Made by a program: the position numbers and the translations under genes. Of a stretch of 64,000 nucleotides of DNA, positions 42,129-51,863 are shown one piece after another. Position 1 is the first letter of the stretch; each line of letters opens with the position of its first letter. The notes under the pieces are model-generated. The model was not told where the DNA came from and ran no database searches. It worked only from the letters and a program-made list of their open reading frames with translations. Origin of the DNA: Thermostichus sp. DRC_bins_24 (GTDB lineage Bacteria; Cyanobacteriota; Cyanobacteriia; Thermostichales; Thermostichaceae); NCBI GenBank assembly GCA_039794845.1, contig JAUQVK010000037.1:28048-92047 (forward strand). The letters run 5' to 3'.

Positions 42129-43400
42129 CTACGGGCCGGGCTGCCGCATTACGAAAAGAAAATCTTCCAAAGCCGTCAGGTAGGTCAGCACCTCATCGGT
42201 AGCCTTTTCCTCATCCAGGGATCCCAACTCGACGACCCCTTGAATCAACTGCCTCACCGGGGTTGGCCCCTGCAGCAACGGAGCCAGCCATTTCAGCTTG
42301 TCCGGGGGAATGCTCAGCCGGCCGTGGGTGGCTCCTGTCCATTGCATTTCATAGTTTTGGTTCCCGTTCAAGGCCTTGGCGTACTCTTGGTGAAAGCGGG
42401 GGTTATCCAGCAACAGCGGGTTCCATTGCACGGATCCCTCCAGCCAGTCGGCATCGCTCCAGGGCAACACCCGTGCAGATCCAGCGTGATCCACCCAAAA
42501 GTCGATGAGGCGATGGGCGGGACGAATGAGTTCGTACAGGTGCAGCCGCTCCATTGGGCTCAGGTCTTCCAGTTTGCGCCGCACGAACTCCGGCACCTCC
42601 TTAAACAAAGACTCCACCGACCAATCGGGCATGTCCACCAAGCGTAAAAAGCCCAGCTCAGCCTTCTGCAACATCTGAAACAAGTCGGGGATGGTAAAAC
42701 CTTTGTCGTTGGAAAGCAGATAGTTGTTCATAATGGCGGGATCCTCTACGTAATTAGCCGGATTCCAGAGCACAGCCCTGGCCACCTCTTCCTGCAGGGA
42801 TCCCATAAACTCCCGCACATGTTTCGCCCCCGTAGCCGGAGCAACATCAAATTGCCCCACCTTTTGAAAGGCCTCTTGCATACGGAAAAACACCTGCCGC
42901 TGGTACCGATGGTGCAGGTTGGCGCGAATAATGCCCTGGGGTTTTAAGACGCTTTTCATCGCCCGCAAGCCGTCGGTGGGATCCTCGAGCAAGTACAACA
43001 CATCGTTTAAACTGATGAAATCGAACTGGATCCCGAGACGATCCAGATCCAGCAAATTGAGCACATAAAATTCGGTATCGGTGAAGCCGTGGTAGCGCAG
43101 CCGTTCTTCCGTCAGCTTGACCGAGGCTGGCGAGAGATCAAAGGCGACAATCTTGGCCCCAGGATTGGCCTCCGCCATCATCAGGGTTTCCCAGCCGGAG
43201 CCGCAGCCCGCATTCAACAAAACCTTGCCCTCAGGCTCGATCACCGCATGGGTACGGACGTACTGAGCCGTGGTGTAGCTCATTTTGAACATCTCCGGCA
43301 GGGCGTTGCGGGCCGTTTGCGAAAGGGGAACATTGGGGTAGGGCAGCGCTTCGTAAAGGGCTAGGGCCCGTTCCGAGGCCGAAAGGGTGCTACTGGCCAT
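42129..43400 (-). CDS. Class I SAM-dependent methyltransferase (cyanobacterial type often linked to pilin loci)
   Basis: YEALPYP, LNAGCGSG, DLS, DVLYLL.DP..GL. Confidence 0.8.
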   Translation of the reverse strand: MASSTLSASERALALYEALPYPNVPLSQTARNALPEMFKMSYTTAQYVRTHAVIEPEGKVLLNAGCGSGWETLMMAEANPGAKIVAFDLSPASVKLTEERLRYHGFTDTEFYVLNLLDLDRLGIQFDFISLNDVLYLLEDPTDGLRAMKSVLKPQGIIRANLHHRYQRQVFFRMQEAFQKVGQFDVAPATGAKHVREFMGSLQEEVARAVLWNPANYVEDPAIMNNYLLSNDKGFTIPDLFQMLQKAELGFLRLVDMPDWSVESLFKEVPEFVRRKLEDLSPMERLHLYELIRPAHRLIDFWVDHAGSARVLPWSDADWLEGSVQWNPLLLDNPRFHQEYAKALNGNQNYEMQWTGATHGRLSIPPDKLKWLAPLLQGPTPVRQLIQGVVELGSLDEEKATDEVLTYLTALEDFLFVMRQPGP

Positions 43401-43466
43401 AAGAAAGGGGGGTAGAGCAAAATTTAAGATGAGTGTAGCCGCTTGGGGATCCCCGAAGTACCCACC

Positions 43467-44285
43467 ATGACCACCGCTTCACTACCCCGTCGCCGTTTCC
43501 GCTTTTCCCTGCAAAGCACCCTGCCCGCCGTGTTGGGGGTGCTGATGTGTGGAGGGATCGTGATCCGGATGCAGTTGCCGATGCTGGAGCGGATTGACCT
43601 GGAGGCGCTGGAAAACGCCGAAGCCCGTAAAGAGCGCAACATCGCTTTGGCCAATGCTTTGGGATGGCTGGGCTACCGCAACTTGGGGGCCTCTTGGCTA
43701 TGGCTGGAGCTGATCCAATACTACGGCGATGGCCTCGCACGCACCCTGACCGGCTATGGCTTGGCCTTCGACTACTTCGACCACATGACCCGGCTGGATC
43801 CCAATTTTTTCTTGGGCTATCGGCTGGCTAGCTTGGTGTTGGCCTACCGGGCCGGGCAACCGGAGCAAGCCATTGAAATCATAGATCGCGGCCTTCAGCA
43901 CTTCACGCCCGAAACCAACCCTGGCGCATGGCGGCTCTACGTGGATCGGGCCCTGCTGAACTTTCTCTTTTTGGGCGATGCGGAAGCCGGTCGAAACGAC
44001 TACTATCAAGCCGCCGCTTGGCGCGAGCAAGTGGGCCTGCCCGGAGATGATTTTCGCCAACTGGGGGACAGCATCGCCCGTAGCCCCCTCAGTCGTCGGG
44101 CCCAGTTTGATGTTTGGATGAGCGTGTTCAACTCCACCACCGACCGGGATACCCGCGTCTTCGTCCTGGAGCAACTGGCCCGACTGGGTACCGTCCTGCG
44201 AACCCTGCCCACTGGCGAGGTCGAGATTCTGGCTCCACCTCTGCCAGAATTCCCGGATGAGGAGCCCTACCTTTTACGCCCATGA
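43467..44285 (+). CDS. Membrane-anchored helical-repeat hypothetical protein
   Basis: N-term TM; LGYRNL.A.WLWL..IQYYGD..GYG..YF..DP.F. Confidence 0.6.
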   Translation: MTTASLPRRRFRFSLQSTLPAVLGVLMCGGIVIRMQLPMLERIDLEALENAEARKERNIALANALGWLGYRNLGASWLWLELIQYYGDGLARTLTGYGLAFDYFDHMTRLDPNFFLGYRLASLVLAYRAGQPEQAIEIIDRGLQHFTPETNPGAWRLYVDRALLNFLFLGDAEAGRNDYYQAAAWREQVGLPGDDFRQLGDSIARSPLSRRAQFDVWMSVFNSTTDRDTRVFVLEQLARLGTVLRTLPTGEVEILAPPLPEFPDEEPYLLRP

Positions 44286-44584
44286 GCGCGTCCGTGAAGA
44301 TTGCGCCTTAGGAGTATGACGCTGGCGAACATTGTAAGCTAAACTCTAACCCAAATCATCCCAAGCTCACGAAGCGATTCCTTCAAGAGTCGCGTCACCT
44401 TTCGTCAAGAAAGTTTACTTTTTTGCACGAAAAAGTGCTAGTCCCAATACCCTCACAGGGGGGACTTATGGCTAGCCTCGTTGCAAGCTCTGATGACGCT
44501 CTGGGTTTCCGCTTTGTTCCCGAAGTTCCCCGACTTCTTATTTCTTAACTTTTGTTCTTGACCTGCACGATAGGAGTGACCCCG

Positions 44585-45562
44585 ATGACCTCAAGAACTT
44601 CCCTCTTGGTGACTGTGGCTGCCCTTGCGAGCGCTGGGTTGACCTTTCCGGCGGCGGCGCAATCTTCCGGTACAGCGCGAGTGCGGTCGGTGGTGGATGG
44701 GGATACCTTCTGGGCGGATTTGAACGGTAGGCCGACCCGTTTTCGTCTTTCCTATGTGGATGCGCCAGAGCTGACCCAAGGGCGGTGGGGGCGGCTGTCT
44801 CAAGAGGCGTTACAAAACCTGATCCCGACGGGATCCCTGGTGCAGGTGGATACCCTCTACGTCACCCCCGAAGGGCTACACATTGCCCAGGTGTACAACT
44901 CCGACGGCCTGGTGAATTTAGAGATGTTGCGGCAGGGGCATGCGGTGGTTTACGAGCGGTTCTTACACGGGGCCAACCGTCAGCGCTACCTAGAAGCCCA
45001 AGAGGAGGCCCAGGCGGCGCGGCTGGGCTTTTGGCAGCAACGCAACCCGGTGATGCCTTGGGAGTTTCGGGAAGCGGGGATGCAAGCCTCTGCCTTTGCG
45101 GGGGCGAATGTTTTGGATGGCTCCTTCATTCGAGAAAACCCGACGGCGGCTGCGGGTGTGGGCATTGCCACGGTGGTGGTGATGGTGGGCCTGAGCAAGT
45201 TGCTCTGGAAAAAGCCCAGTCAAAAGAAGGTTAGCCTGCGGCAGATGGAACGGGATCTGAAACAGCTGCAGCGCAGCCTCACCACAACGCTGGCCAGCCG
45301 CAAACAACTGGAACGGCAGTACGACGAAATTCTGCAAAAGGCGGAGGACTGGTTTATCCGAGCGGAAAAGGCCACCCAACACAATAACGACGACATGGCC
45401 CGAGATGCCTTGGTGCAACGCAACCAACACATGAGCGCGGCAGAGGCAGTGCGCAAATCCCTAGATGAAGTGGAAGAACAAATGATGACGATTCGGGAGG
45501 GCATTTCCCGCCTGGAGAGTCAAATCTCCATGACCAAGCTGGAACGGGAGATGAACAACTAG
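44585..45562 (+). CDS. Thermonuclease (SNase)-TM-PspA/IM30-like fusion protein
   Basis: Signal peptide; VVDGDT, RLSYVDAPE, VNLEMLRQGHA, A..ARLGFW..PWEFR; TM helix; C-term LASRKQLE..W..RAEKA..DDMARDAL..LESQIS. Confidence 0.75.
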   Translation: MTSRTSLLVTVAALASAGLTFPAAAQSSGTARVRSVVDGDTFWADLNGRPTRFRLSYVDAPELTQGRWGRLSQEALQNLIPTGSLVQVDTLYVTPEGLHIAQVYNSDGLVNLEMLRQGHAVVYERFLHGANRQRYLEAQEEAQAARLGFWQQRNPVMPWEFREAGMQASAFAGANVLDGSFIRENPTAAAGVGIATVVVMVGLSKLLWKKPSQKKVSLRQMERDLKQLQRSLTTTLASRKQLERQYDEILQKAEDWFIRAEKATQHNNDDMARDALVQRNQHMSAAEAVRKSLDEVEEQMMTIREGISRLESQISMTKLEREMNN

Positions 45563-45634
45563 CGGGTTGCCGGTCGGTAGAAGGGATCGGCACAGTAAAA
45601 AAGAGGTAAGCCTCCGAGACGGAGTAAGTTGCCC

Positions 45635-46732
45635 ATGGAGTGGCTGCAAGGGCTGGAGATCGACAAAGGTTGGCCCCAAGTGGGGGTAATCACGCTGGTG
45701 GGGGTGTTGGCCTTTGCCTTGGGGCGAGGGATCCCGAAATGGCTGAAGCCGACGGTGAAGCGACTGGCCAGCCCGGATGTGGCGGAGGTGTACGAGCGCA
45801 CGGTGGATCCTTATGCGGGGTTGATCGGGTTGGTGGTGACCCTGTTGCTGGCAGAATCGGCTTTGCTGGTGTTGCCGCGGGGCTTGTGGTTGCACCTGAC
45901 AGAGCTGGGGGTAAGCCTAGCCCTGACGGTGGCCTTGGCCTGGTTATTAACCCGGCTGGTGAAGGGGTTTGCCGATGTTTATCTGCGGGATACGGCCCTG
46001 AAGGGAGGGCGCAAGGTTAACAGCGAATTGCTGATCGTGGGGCGGATCAGTGCCAACCTGGCGATCGGCTTTTTGGCGCTGCTGCTTTTTGCCCAGAGCC
46101 ATCAAATCAATGTGGTGGGGTTGTTTGCCAGCTTAGGAATCGGGGGGCTGGCGGTGGCCTTTGCCGCCCAAAAAACTCTGGAGCAACTGCTGGGGGGCAT
46201 TGTCATCTATGTAGACCGGCCTTTTGTGGTGGATGACTACATTGGTTTGCCGGATGGCACCTTTGGCCGGGTGGAGTCGATTGGGTTGCGCTCGACCCGC
46301 ATTCGCACCTCCGGAAAAGGCACTTTGGTGATCGTGCCCAACAGCGCCCTAACCCAGGTGAGCATTGAGAACTTCACCGGGGCAAAAAAGGTGATGTCCC
46401 TGATTTATCTAACGTTTCAGCGCCTGTTGCCCGAGGAGGAAAAAGCCCTAATCCGGCAGGTGATTTTGGAAAGCACCCGCGATATTTTCGGCATTGACTC
46501 TCGCAACACCGACCTCACCTTTCGGGAGCTGGCAGCCCAGGGATCCCAAGCGGCCCGCAGCCAGGCCCAATTGACCTTTTTTATTCTCGGTTCCGGCGAG
46601 GTATCCATGGATCTGCGCCGACAACTGCTGGATTTGGCCAGCGAGACGATCACCCAAAAGCTGAAGGAATACGGAATCGCCTTCGAGATTCAGGATCCCA
46701 CCATCTATGTAGATGCTCCGATCACCATATAG
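45635..46732 (+). CDS. MscS-family mechanosensitive channel
   Basis: ASLGIGGLAVAFAAQ, DRPF, VESIGLRSTRIR, IVPNS. Confidence 0.9.
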   Translation: MEWLQGLEIDKGWPQVGVITLVGVLAFALGRGIPKWLKPTVKRLASPDVAEVYERTVDPYAGLIGLVVTLLLAESALLVLPRGLWLHLTELGVSLALTVALAWLLTRLVKGFADVYLRDTALKGGRKVNSELLIVGRISANLAIGFLALLLFAQSHQINVVGLFASLGIGGLAVAFAAQKTLEQLLGGIVIYVDRPFVVDDYIGLPDGTFGRVESIGLRSTRIRTSGKGTLVIVPNSALTQVSIENFTGAKKVMSLIYLTFQRLLPEEEKALIRQVILESTRDIFGIDSRNTDLTFRELAAQGSQAARSQAQLTFFILGSGEVSMDLRRQLLDLASETITQKLKEYGIAFEIQDPTIYVDAPITI

Positions 46733-46793
46733 GGTGGTCTGGTGCCCAGTTATATCCCTTTGTGGGAGTTAGGATCCGCTCTCTAGAAGGCTA

Positions 46794-46865
46794 GTGCTCC
46801 GCATCTCGCGGAGCGAGAACAGGAAACACAAGCCCTGCTGTAGAAAACCCGCGCAAGGGCTGTAA
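46794..46865 (+). repeat. 72-bp inverted duplicate of the 6S RNA 3' half
   Basis: 67/72 identical to the reverse complement of 35207-35278. Confidence 0.9.
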
Positions 46866-46880
46866 CCCTGAGCACTTGGC

Positions 46881-47144
46881 TCATATACCATCGTAGGGAA
46901 TGGTGGGGGATTCGTACCAAAGGTGATCTTCCTCAGGCAGGGTAGCGGACAAACGATCCTGAAACGGATCTGTCGAGCCAGACTCGCTTCTCTTCGGAGA
47001 AGTGGAATTAATGGAAACCTCCGGTTCATCCACCAATACCAGCACCCGCACCGTGCGATTTCTTGGCAGCTGATCCTGCGCCTTCATCGGCAAGATCAGC
47101 TGACCCTCGCTGCCAATACGAGCCAAGAATTCGTAGGCTTTCAT
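46881..47144 (-). CDS. Small AbrB/MazE-like antitoxin-type protein (no toxin adjacent)
   Basis: MKAYEF.A.I..EGQLILP....LP....VRVLVLVDEP pattern, ending IPYDGI. Confidence 0.55.
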   Translation of the reverse strand: MKAYEFLARIGSEGQLILPMKAQDQLPRNRTVRVLVLVDEPEVSINSTSPKRSESGSTDPFQDRLSATLPEEDHLWYESPTIPYDGI

Positions 47145-47325
47145 GGTGAATCCCAAAAACTCGAAGGGATCCCTAGGCCGAATTTTCCTGCTGGATTCAC
47201 TGTGAAATTGCATTTTCAATCCAGAGGTGTCATCAGGCTAAGCCCAACGCTTCCGGCCAGAGGTACCCTTCCAGCTTGCCCCAAATCTATCCGTCATGAA
47301 GCAAAAGTTTTACCAGCAAGGATCC

Positions 47326-48186
47326 CTACGCCAACCCATGTTCCCGGAACCAAGCCTGCAGCCGTTCCCAAGCATCGCTGGCTGCTTCTGGGCGATAACT
47401 GGGGCGGTAATCGGCAAAAAAGGCGTGGGGGGCGTCGGGGTAGATAACAAATTGCGAGGGATCCCCGGCAGCTGCCAAAGCCGACTTCATTTGCTCCACC
47501 GTTTCCAACGGAATGCCGGTATCTTCCCCACCGTATAGGCCCAACACGGGCGCATTCAGGCTGGCCGCCACATCCACCGGATGGGTTGGAGTTAGGGGTG
47601 TCGACTCGCCCACCAAACGGCCGTACCAGGCAACACCCGCCTTCAAGTTGGGTTGATGGGCCGCGTACAACCAGGTGATCCGCCCACCCCAGCAGAAGCC
47701 CGTAATGCCAACCCGTTCAGAATCGGCAGCGGCATTGCCAACCGCCCAATCCACCGCAGCATCCAAATCTGCCATCACTTGAGCATCCGGCACTTGGGAG
47801 ACAATGGCGCGGATCTCTTCAAAGCTCTGCAACTGAGACACATCTCCCTGCCGGTAAAACAGCTCAGGAGCCACCGCCACGTAACCCAGTTTGGCAAAGC
47901 GGCGACCAATATCTTGAATGTGTTCATGGACACCGAAGATCTCTTGTACCACCAAGACTAGGGGGAAAGGGCCAGAACCGGTTGGCTTGGCACGATAGCC
48001 GGGGATCTCGCCGTCTGGGGTAGGAATGGTGATGGGGCCGGCTTCTAAGCCTTCGCTATCGGTGGTGATGGTTTGGGCAGAGATCGGCTGCACCGCCAAC
48101 GCAAACCCAGCCGCGACACTGGCCACCACAAATTGACGTCGCTTCAGATGGCCGGGGGAGCTCCACTTCGGTTGTTCCGCATACAT
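47326..48186 (-). CDS. Dienelactone hydrolase family protein (Tat-like signal)
   Basis: [35 protein letters not shown]. Confidence 0.92.
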   Translation of the reverse strand: MYAEQPKWSSPGHLKRRQFVVASVAAGFALAVQPISAQTITTDSEGLEAGPITIPTPDGEIPGYRAKPTGSGPFPLVLVVQEIFGVHEHIQDIGRRFAKLGYVAVAPELFYRQGDVSQLQSFEEIRAIVSQVPDAQVMADLDAAVDWAVGNAAADSERVGITGFCWGGRITWLYAAHQPNLKAGVAWYGRLVGESTPLTPTHPVDVAASLNAPVLGLYGGEDTGIPLETVEQMKSALAAAGDPSQFVIYPDAPHAFFADYRPSYRPEAASDAWERLQAWFREHGLA

Positions 48187-48304
48187 AAGCCCGATCCTCA
48201 AGAACGCAAACATCTCTAGGATAGAGGACGCTTCGCCTACAAAAGTTTCGTCTTCTTACAATCTCAGCGCAAATTGAGATTGGAGGGATGGGATCCCCTG
48301 CCGA

Positions 48305-50290
48305 TTACTGGCGAAATCCGGTTGTTGCGGGATCCCTGCTGTGCACAGCGCGCTCCAAAAAATCGCCCAAGGCGGCCACACACTCTTGATCTTCAAAAAG
48401 AAGATCCCGTCGTCGCTCAATCTCAGTAGCCATATGGTTGCGAAACTCGGGATCGGATCCCAGTTGCACCGCCAGATCCACAAAGGCTGACCAATCGGAA
48501 GCAATCAACGCTTCCAGACCCATTCTTTTCAACATCGCGTAGGTATGGCGGCCCCGCATCAACTCCCCTGGGCAGGTAACAACCGGCAGCCCAACCGTGA
48601 GGGCTTCTAACGTGGTGATCCCTCCCGACCACCCATAGGAGTCGAGCATCACATCGGCACAGCGATTCAAATCCAAGTAGGCTTGATAATCCAGTCGGGG
48701 CAAAATGAGAACATGATCGTTAATGTTTAGACCAACCGCGGAAAAGACCTTAGCCAATCGTTGACGAAACTTCTCCGCAAGGGCTGCATTGGGTAAAGCC
48801 AAAAAGACAAACTGGGCTTTCGGCACTTGCTTGGCAATGGCAGCAAACAGATCATCGTATTGAGGCAGATATTTGCCCAAGTATTGACAGGTGAGATAAA
48901 CAACAGCGTCTTCTCGCAGGCCAAAGTCTGTCCGACCTTGCTTTTGCTTTGGCAAGATGGGCTTTTCAAAACAAGTGCCCAAATGGGGAAGTCGAATCAG
49001 TTGCTCACGGTAGTGGTCTTGCCCATTTTCAGGCTCCATCAAATCACTGGAGAGAAAGTAGTCGATGGTGGAAAGCCCAGAGGTGACCGGATGGGCCCAG
49101 GTGGAGCACTGCACAGGTGCCAATCGCAAAGAGGCCAGTTGTAAGATTAAAGGAGATAACCCAATCTCTAAGTACACCAAAACATCCAACCGATCCTCCA
49201 AAAGTTGCTGTGCCACCGCCTCCAGACCCGTCGGAATGTGGTGAAAAATATCTGCATATTGCCGATACAGGTCGGTCATAAAATCTGTTTTGGGATCCAG
49301 ATGATAGGCGTACACACGGAATCGGTTCTGGTCGGGAGATGAATGGCGGTTCAAATGCTTCACCCAGCCCAGAGAAAGACGACTGTAGGAACAAGCTCGC
49401 ATGGAATCTGAGACAAACCCAATACGAAGTGGATCCCCGGCTGCAGGTGGTCGCACCGGAACAGAAGAAGACCACCTTGGAAAGTTAGCTGCAACAATTT
49501 TTTGAATGAAATCAGCGTACTGTTGCTGTAGTTCAACATCACTGTAGCCTTGATACTGCAGATGGTGGTTGGTGCCCAAACTGGCGGCATCCAGAGCCAC
49601 TTTGCATTGCTCCTGAGTCTCCAGGGGAGTCGATTGAATCAGAATGTTCAAGTGTTGGATAAAACGAGAGCGAAAACTGTTCAGTTCTTCCTCGTCTTGA
49701 TAAAGAGCCGGCAGGTAGAGATGATAAAACCATCTGGCCTGTTCCAAGCAGGGATCCCACTCCAGAGCCTTCTCTAGGTGGTTCAGTGCGTTGGAATGTT
49801 CGCCCTGTTCCCAATAGGCGATGGCCAGGTAGAGGTTTAATTCTGCTGGAGGGATCCCTGCTTGAGGTGAATGGCTTAAGAGTTGAGACAAAAGGGGAAC
49901 TGCCTCTTCACATCGCCGCAGATTGACCAAGAGTTTGCCCGCCTGAAAGGCAGCGTGGTAAGCGCTTGGGTTAAGCCGAAAACTCTCTTGATAGCACGGC
50001 ACGGCAAGCTCAGGCTGCCCCAAACATTCATAAACCACGCCCAAATTGTGATGATAGAGGGAAACATTGGGATTCTGTTCAATGGCAGCAGCAATCAGAG
50101 AGGCGGCAAATTCCCATTGACCGGTGGCTTGAGCCACCGTACCCATCAGATGCAGGGCATCGGGCTGATCGGGATACTCCGTCAGGATCTCCATGTAAAT
50201 GGCTTCTGCCCTCTGAAGATCTCCAGACTGCTGAGCGCGGATCCCGGCCAGAAGCTTATCCGTTACAGCAGAAGGGACGGAATCAACCAT
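48305..50290 (-). CDS. TPR-containing O-GlcNAc transferase-like (GT41/SPINDLY family) protein
   Basis: N-term TPRs; RIGFVS, RLAPVQ..WAHPVTSG..IDYF, LDS..WSGG.TTLEAL..GLPVVT. Confidence 0.88.
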   Translation of the reverse strand: MVDSVPSAVTDKLLAGIRAQQSGDLQRAEAIYMEILTEYPDQPDALHLMGTVAQATGQWEFAASLIAAAIEQNPNVSLYHHNLGVVYECLGQPELAVPCYQESFRLNPSAYHAAFQAGKLLVNLRRCEEAVPLLSQLLSHSPQAGIPPAELNLYLAIAYWEQGEHSNALNHLEKALEWDPCLEQARWFYHLYLPALYQDEEELNSFRSRFIQHLNILIQSTPLETQEQCKVALDAASLGTNHHLQYQGYSDVELQQQYADFIQKIVAANFPRWSSSVPVRPPAAGDPLRIGFVSDSMRACSYSRLSLGWVKHLNRHSSPDQNRFRVYAYHLDPKTDFMTDLYRQYADIFHHIPTGLEAVAQQLLEDRLDVLVYLEIGLSPLILQLASLRLAPVQCSTWAHPVTSGLSTIDYFLSSDLMEPENGQDHYREQLIRLPHLGTCFEKPILPKQKQGRTDFGLREDAVVYLTCQYLGKYLPQYDDLFAAIAKQVPKAQFVFLALPNAALAEKFRQRLAKVFSAVGLNINDHVLILPRLDYQAYLDLNRCADVMLDSYGWSGGITTLEALTVGLPVVTCPGELMRGRHTYAMLKRMGLEALIASDWSAFVDLAVQLGSDPEFRNHMATEIERRRDLLFEDQECVAALGDFLERAVHSRDPATTGFRQ

Positions 50291-50312
50291 TGTGGTGCGC
50301 TCCCGGATGGAT

Positions 50313-51863
50313 TTACCCCAAATCCACCGCAACCCGATGGGCACAGGCAAAGCCGGAAAAGGCAACCGCATTCAGCCCTTGGCCGGGGAACGTGCTATCT
50401 CCCACGCAATAGAGATCGGGGATGGCGGTGCGATTAAACGGCATGCCCAGTAAACCCCAGGGATCCCGGCTGGGAATCGGCCCATAGGTTCCGTTGGCTC
50501 GGCCCAGAAAGCGGCGATGACTACGGGGAGTGCCCACTTCTTTCAGCTCAATATGGGATCCCAATTGAGGCCAAATCCGTTCCAAACGGCGGATGAGACG
50601 AGCAGCGGCTGCTTGCTTTTGCTGTTGGTACTGAGCTGGCGTCAGCCCTTGCCAAGCGGTGATCCAACTGGGGGTGAAGGCGTGCACAATGTGTCGGCCC
50701 GGGGGGGCCAAGTCGGGATCCAACAGGGTGGGAATGGAGACAAAGATCGTGCCCTGCTCGGCTTCCATCTGATCCCAACTTTCCAGCAGAATGTGGTGAC
50801 AATCGCGTTCGCCGCCAAGGCCTTCGGCCCGAACGCCCAAATGCAAACTTAAAAAGCTGGGGGATTGTTGGTAGCGGCTTTGCCAGCGTCGTTCCGCTTG
50901 TGGAAGGGATCCCGGCCACAGGTGCTCAAAGGTATCCCAGCGGGTGGCATTGGAGATCACCTTACGGGCGTAGAGTTTTTCCCCGGTGATCAGCTCCACC
51001 CCGACGGCCCGCCCGCGCTCTTGCAGAATGTGGCGTACACGCGCCTTGTAGCGGATCTGGCCCCCATGGGCCTGCAGCCCTTGCACCAATTTTTGGGCGA
51101 TCTGCCCCACCCCCCCTTTGGGATAGTTGATGCCACCATAATGGCGGTCGCAAAACACCATGCCAGCATTGATCATCGGGGTGCGATCCGCCGGAACCAC
51201 CGACCAGCAGTAGCACTCCATATCCACAAAGCGCAGCAAATTTGGATCCCGTAGGTAGCGCCTTGCCATCTGGCCGACATTCACCGGCAAATACCGCGCC
51301 AAGGTCAAGCAACCGAGAGGATTGCCCACAAAAGAGCGAAACAGGTAGCCCAACTCTTCCAGCGAGAGCAACTCCATCGCATTGAGGCTGTTGAAAATGG
51401 CCCACATGGCATCGTAAAAACGCCGGATCCCGCCGGACTCAGCCGGGAAATACTCCGACAGCTCTTTTAAGAAATGCTCGTACTCTCGATGCACCCGTGG
51501 ATTGAGGCCGTTGGGCAGGTGATAGGCAATTTGCACCGGATCGGGAACAGAGTCAATCCTTTGACCGACCGCAGCCAAGGCCCGGGTAAGCAGGTTGGTG
51601 GTGCCCTCAGTACCCAGGCCGAAGATCATGGAAGCCCCAACGTCAAAGCGATAAGAACCCCTGCCATTGGGATCCGGACGGTCGAAATACCCGGCACTTC
51701 CCCCGGGGATTAAATATTTTTCCAGCACCAGCACCGCATACCCTTTTGCCGCCAGCTGGCTGGCGGTCACCAAGCCACCAATGCCAGAGCCGATGACAAT
51801 GGCATCAAAGGTTGAACTTTTGGGGGCAGGGGCTGAAGCTGTGGCCTGAACTTGGGGGGGCAT
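50313..51863 (-). CDS. crtH: Carotenoid isomerase
   Basis: GSGIGGL, FDVGASMIFG, DRHYGGINYPKGG, GDSTFPGQGLNAVAFSG. Confidence 0.93.
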   Translation of the reverse strand: MPPQVQATASAPAPKSSTFDAIVIGSGIGGLVTASQLAAKGYAVLVLEKYLIPGGSAGYFDRPDPNGRGSYRFDVGASMIFGLGTEGTTNLLTRALAAVGQRIDSVPDPVQIAYHLPNGLNPRVHREYEHFLKELSEYFPAESGGIRRFYDAMWAIFNSLNAMELLSLEELGYLFRSFVGNPLGCLTLARYLPVNVGQMARRYLRDPNLLRFVDMECYCWSVVPADRTPMINAGMVFCDRHYGGINYPKGGVGQIAQKLVQGLQAHGGQIRYKARVRHILQERGRAVGVELITGEKLYARKVISNATRWDTFEHLWPGSLPQAERRWQSRYQQSPSFLSLHLGVRAEGLGGERDCHHILLESWDQMEAEQGTIFVSIPTLLDPDLAPPGRHIVHAFTPSWITAWQGLTPAQYQQQKQAAAARLIRRLERIWPQLGSHIELKEVGTPRSHRRFLGRANGTYGPIPSRDPWGLLGMPFNRTAIPDLYCVGDSTFPGQGLNAVAFSGFACAHRVAVDLG

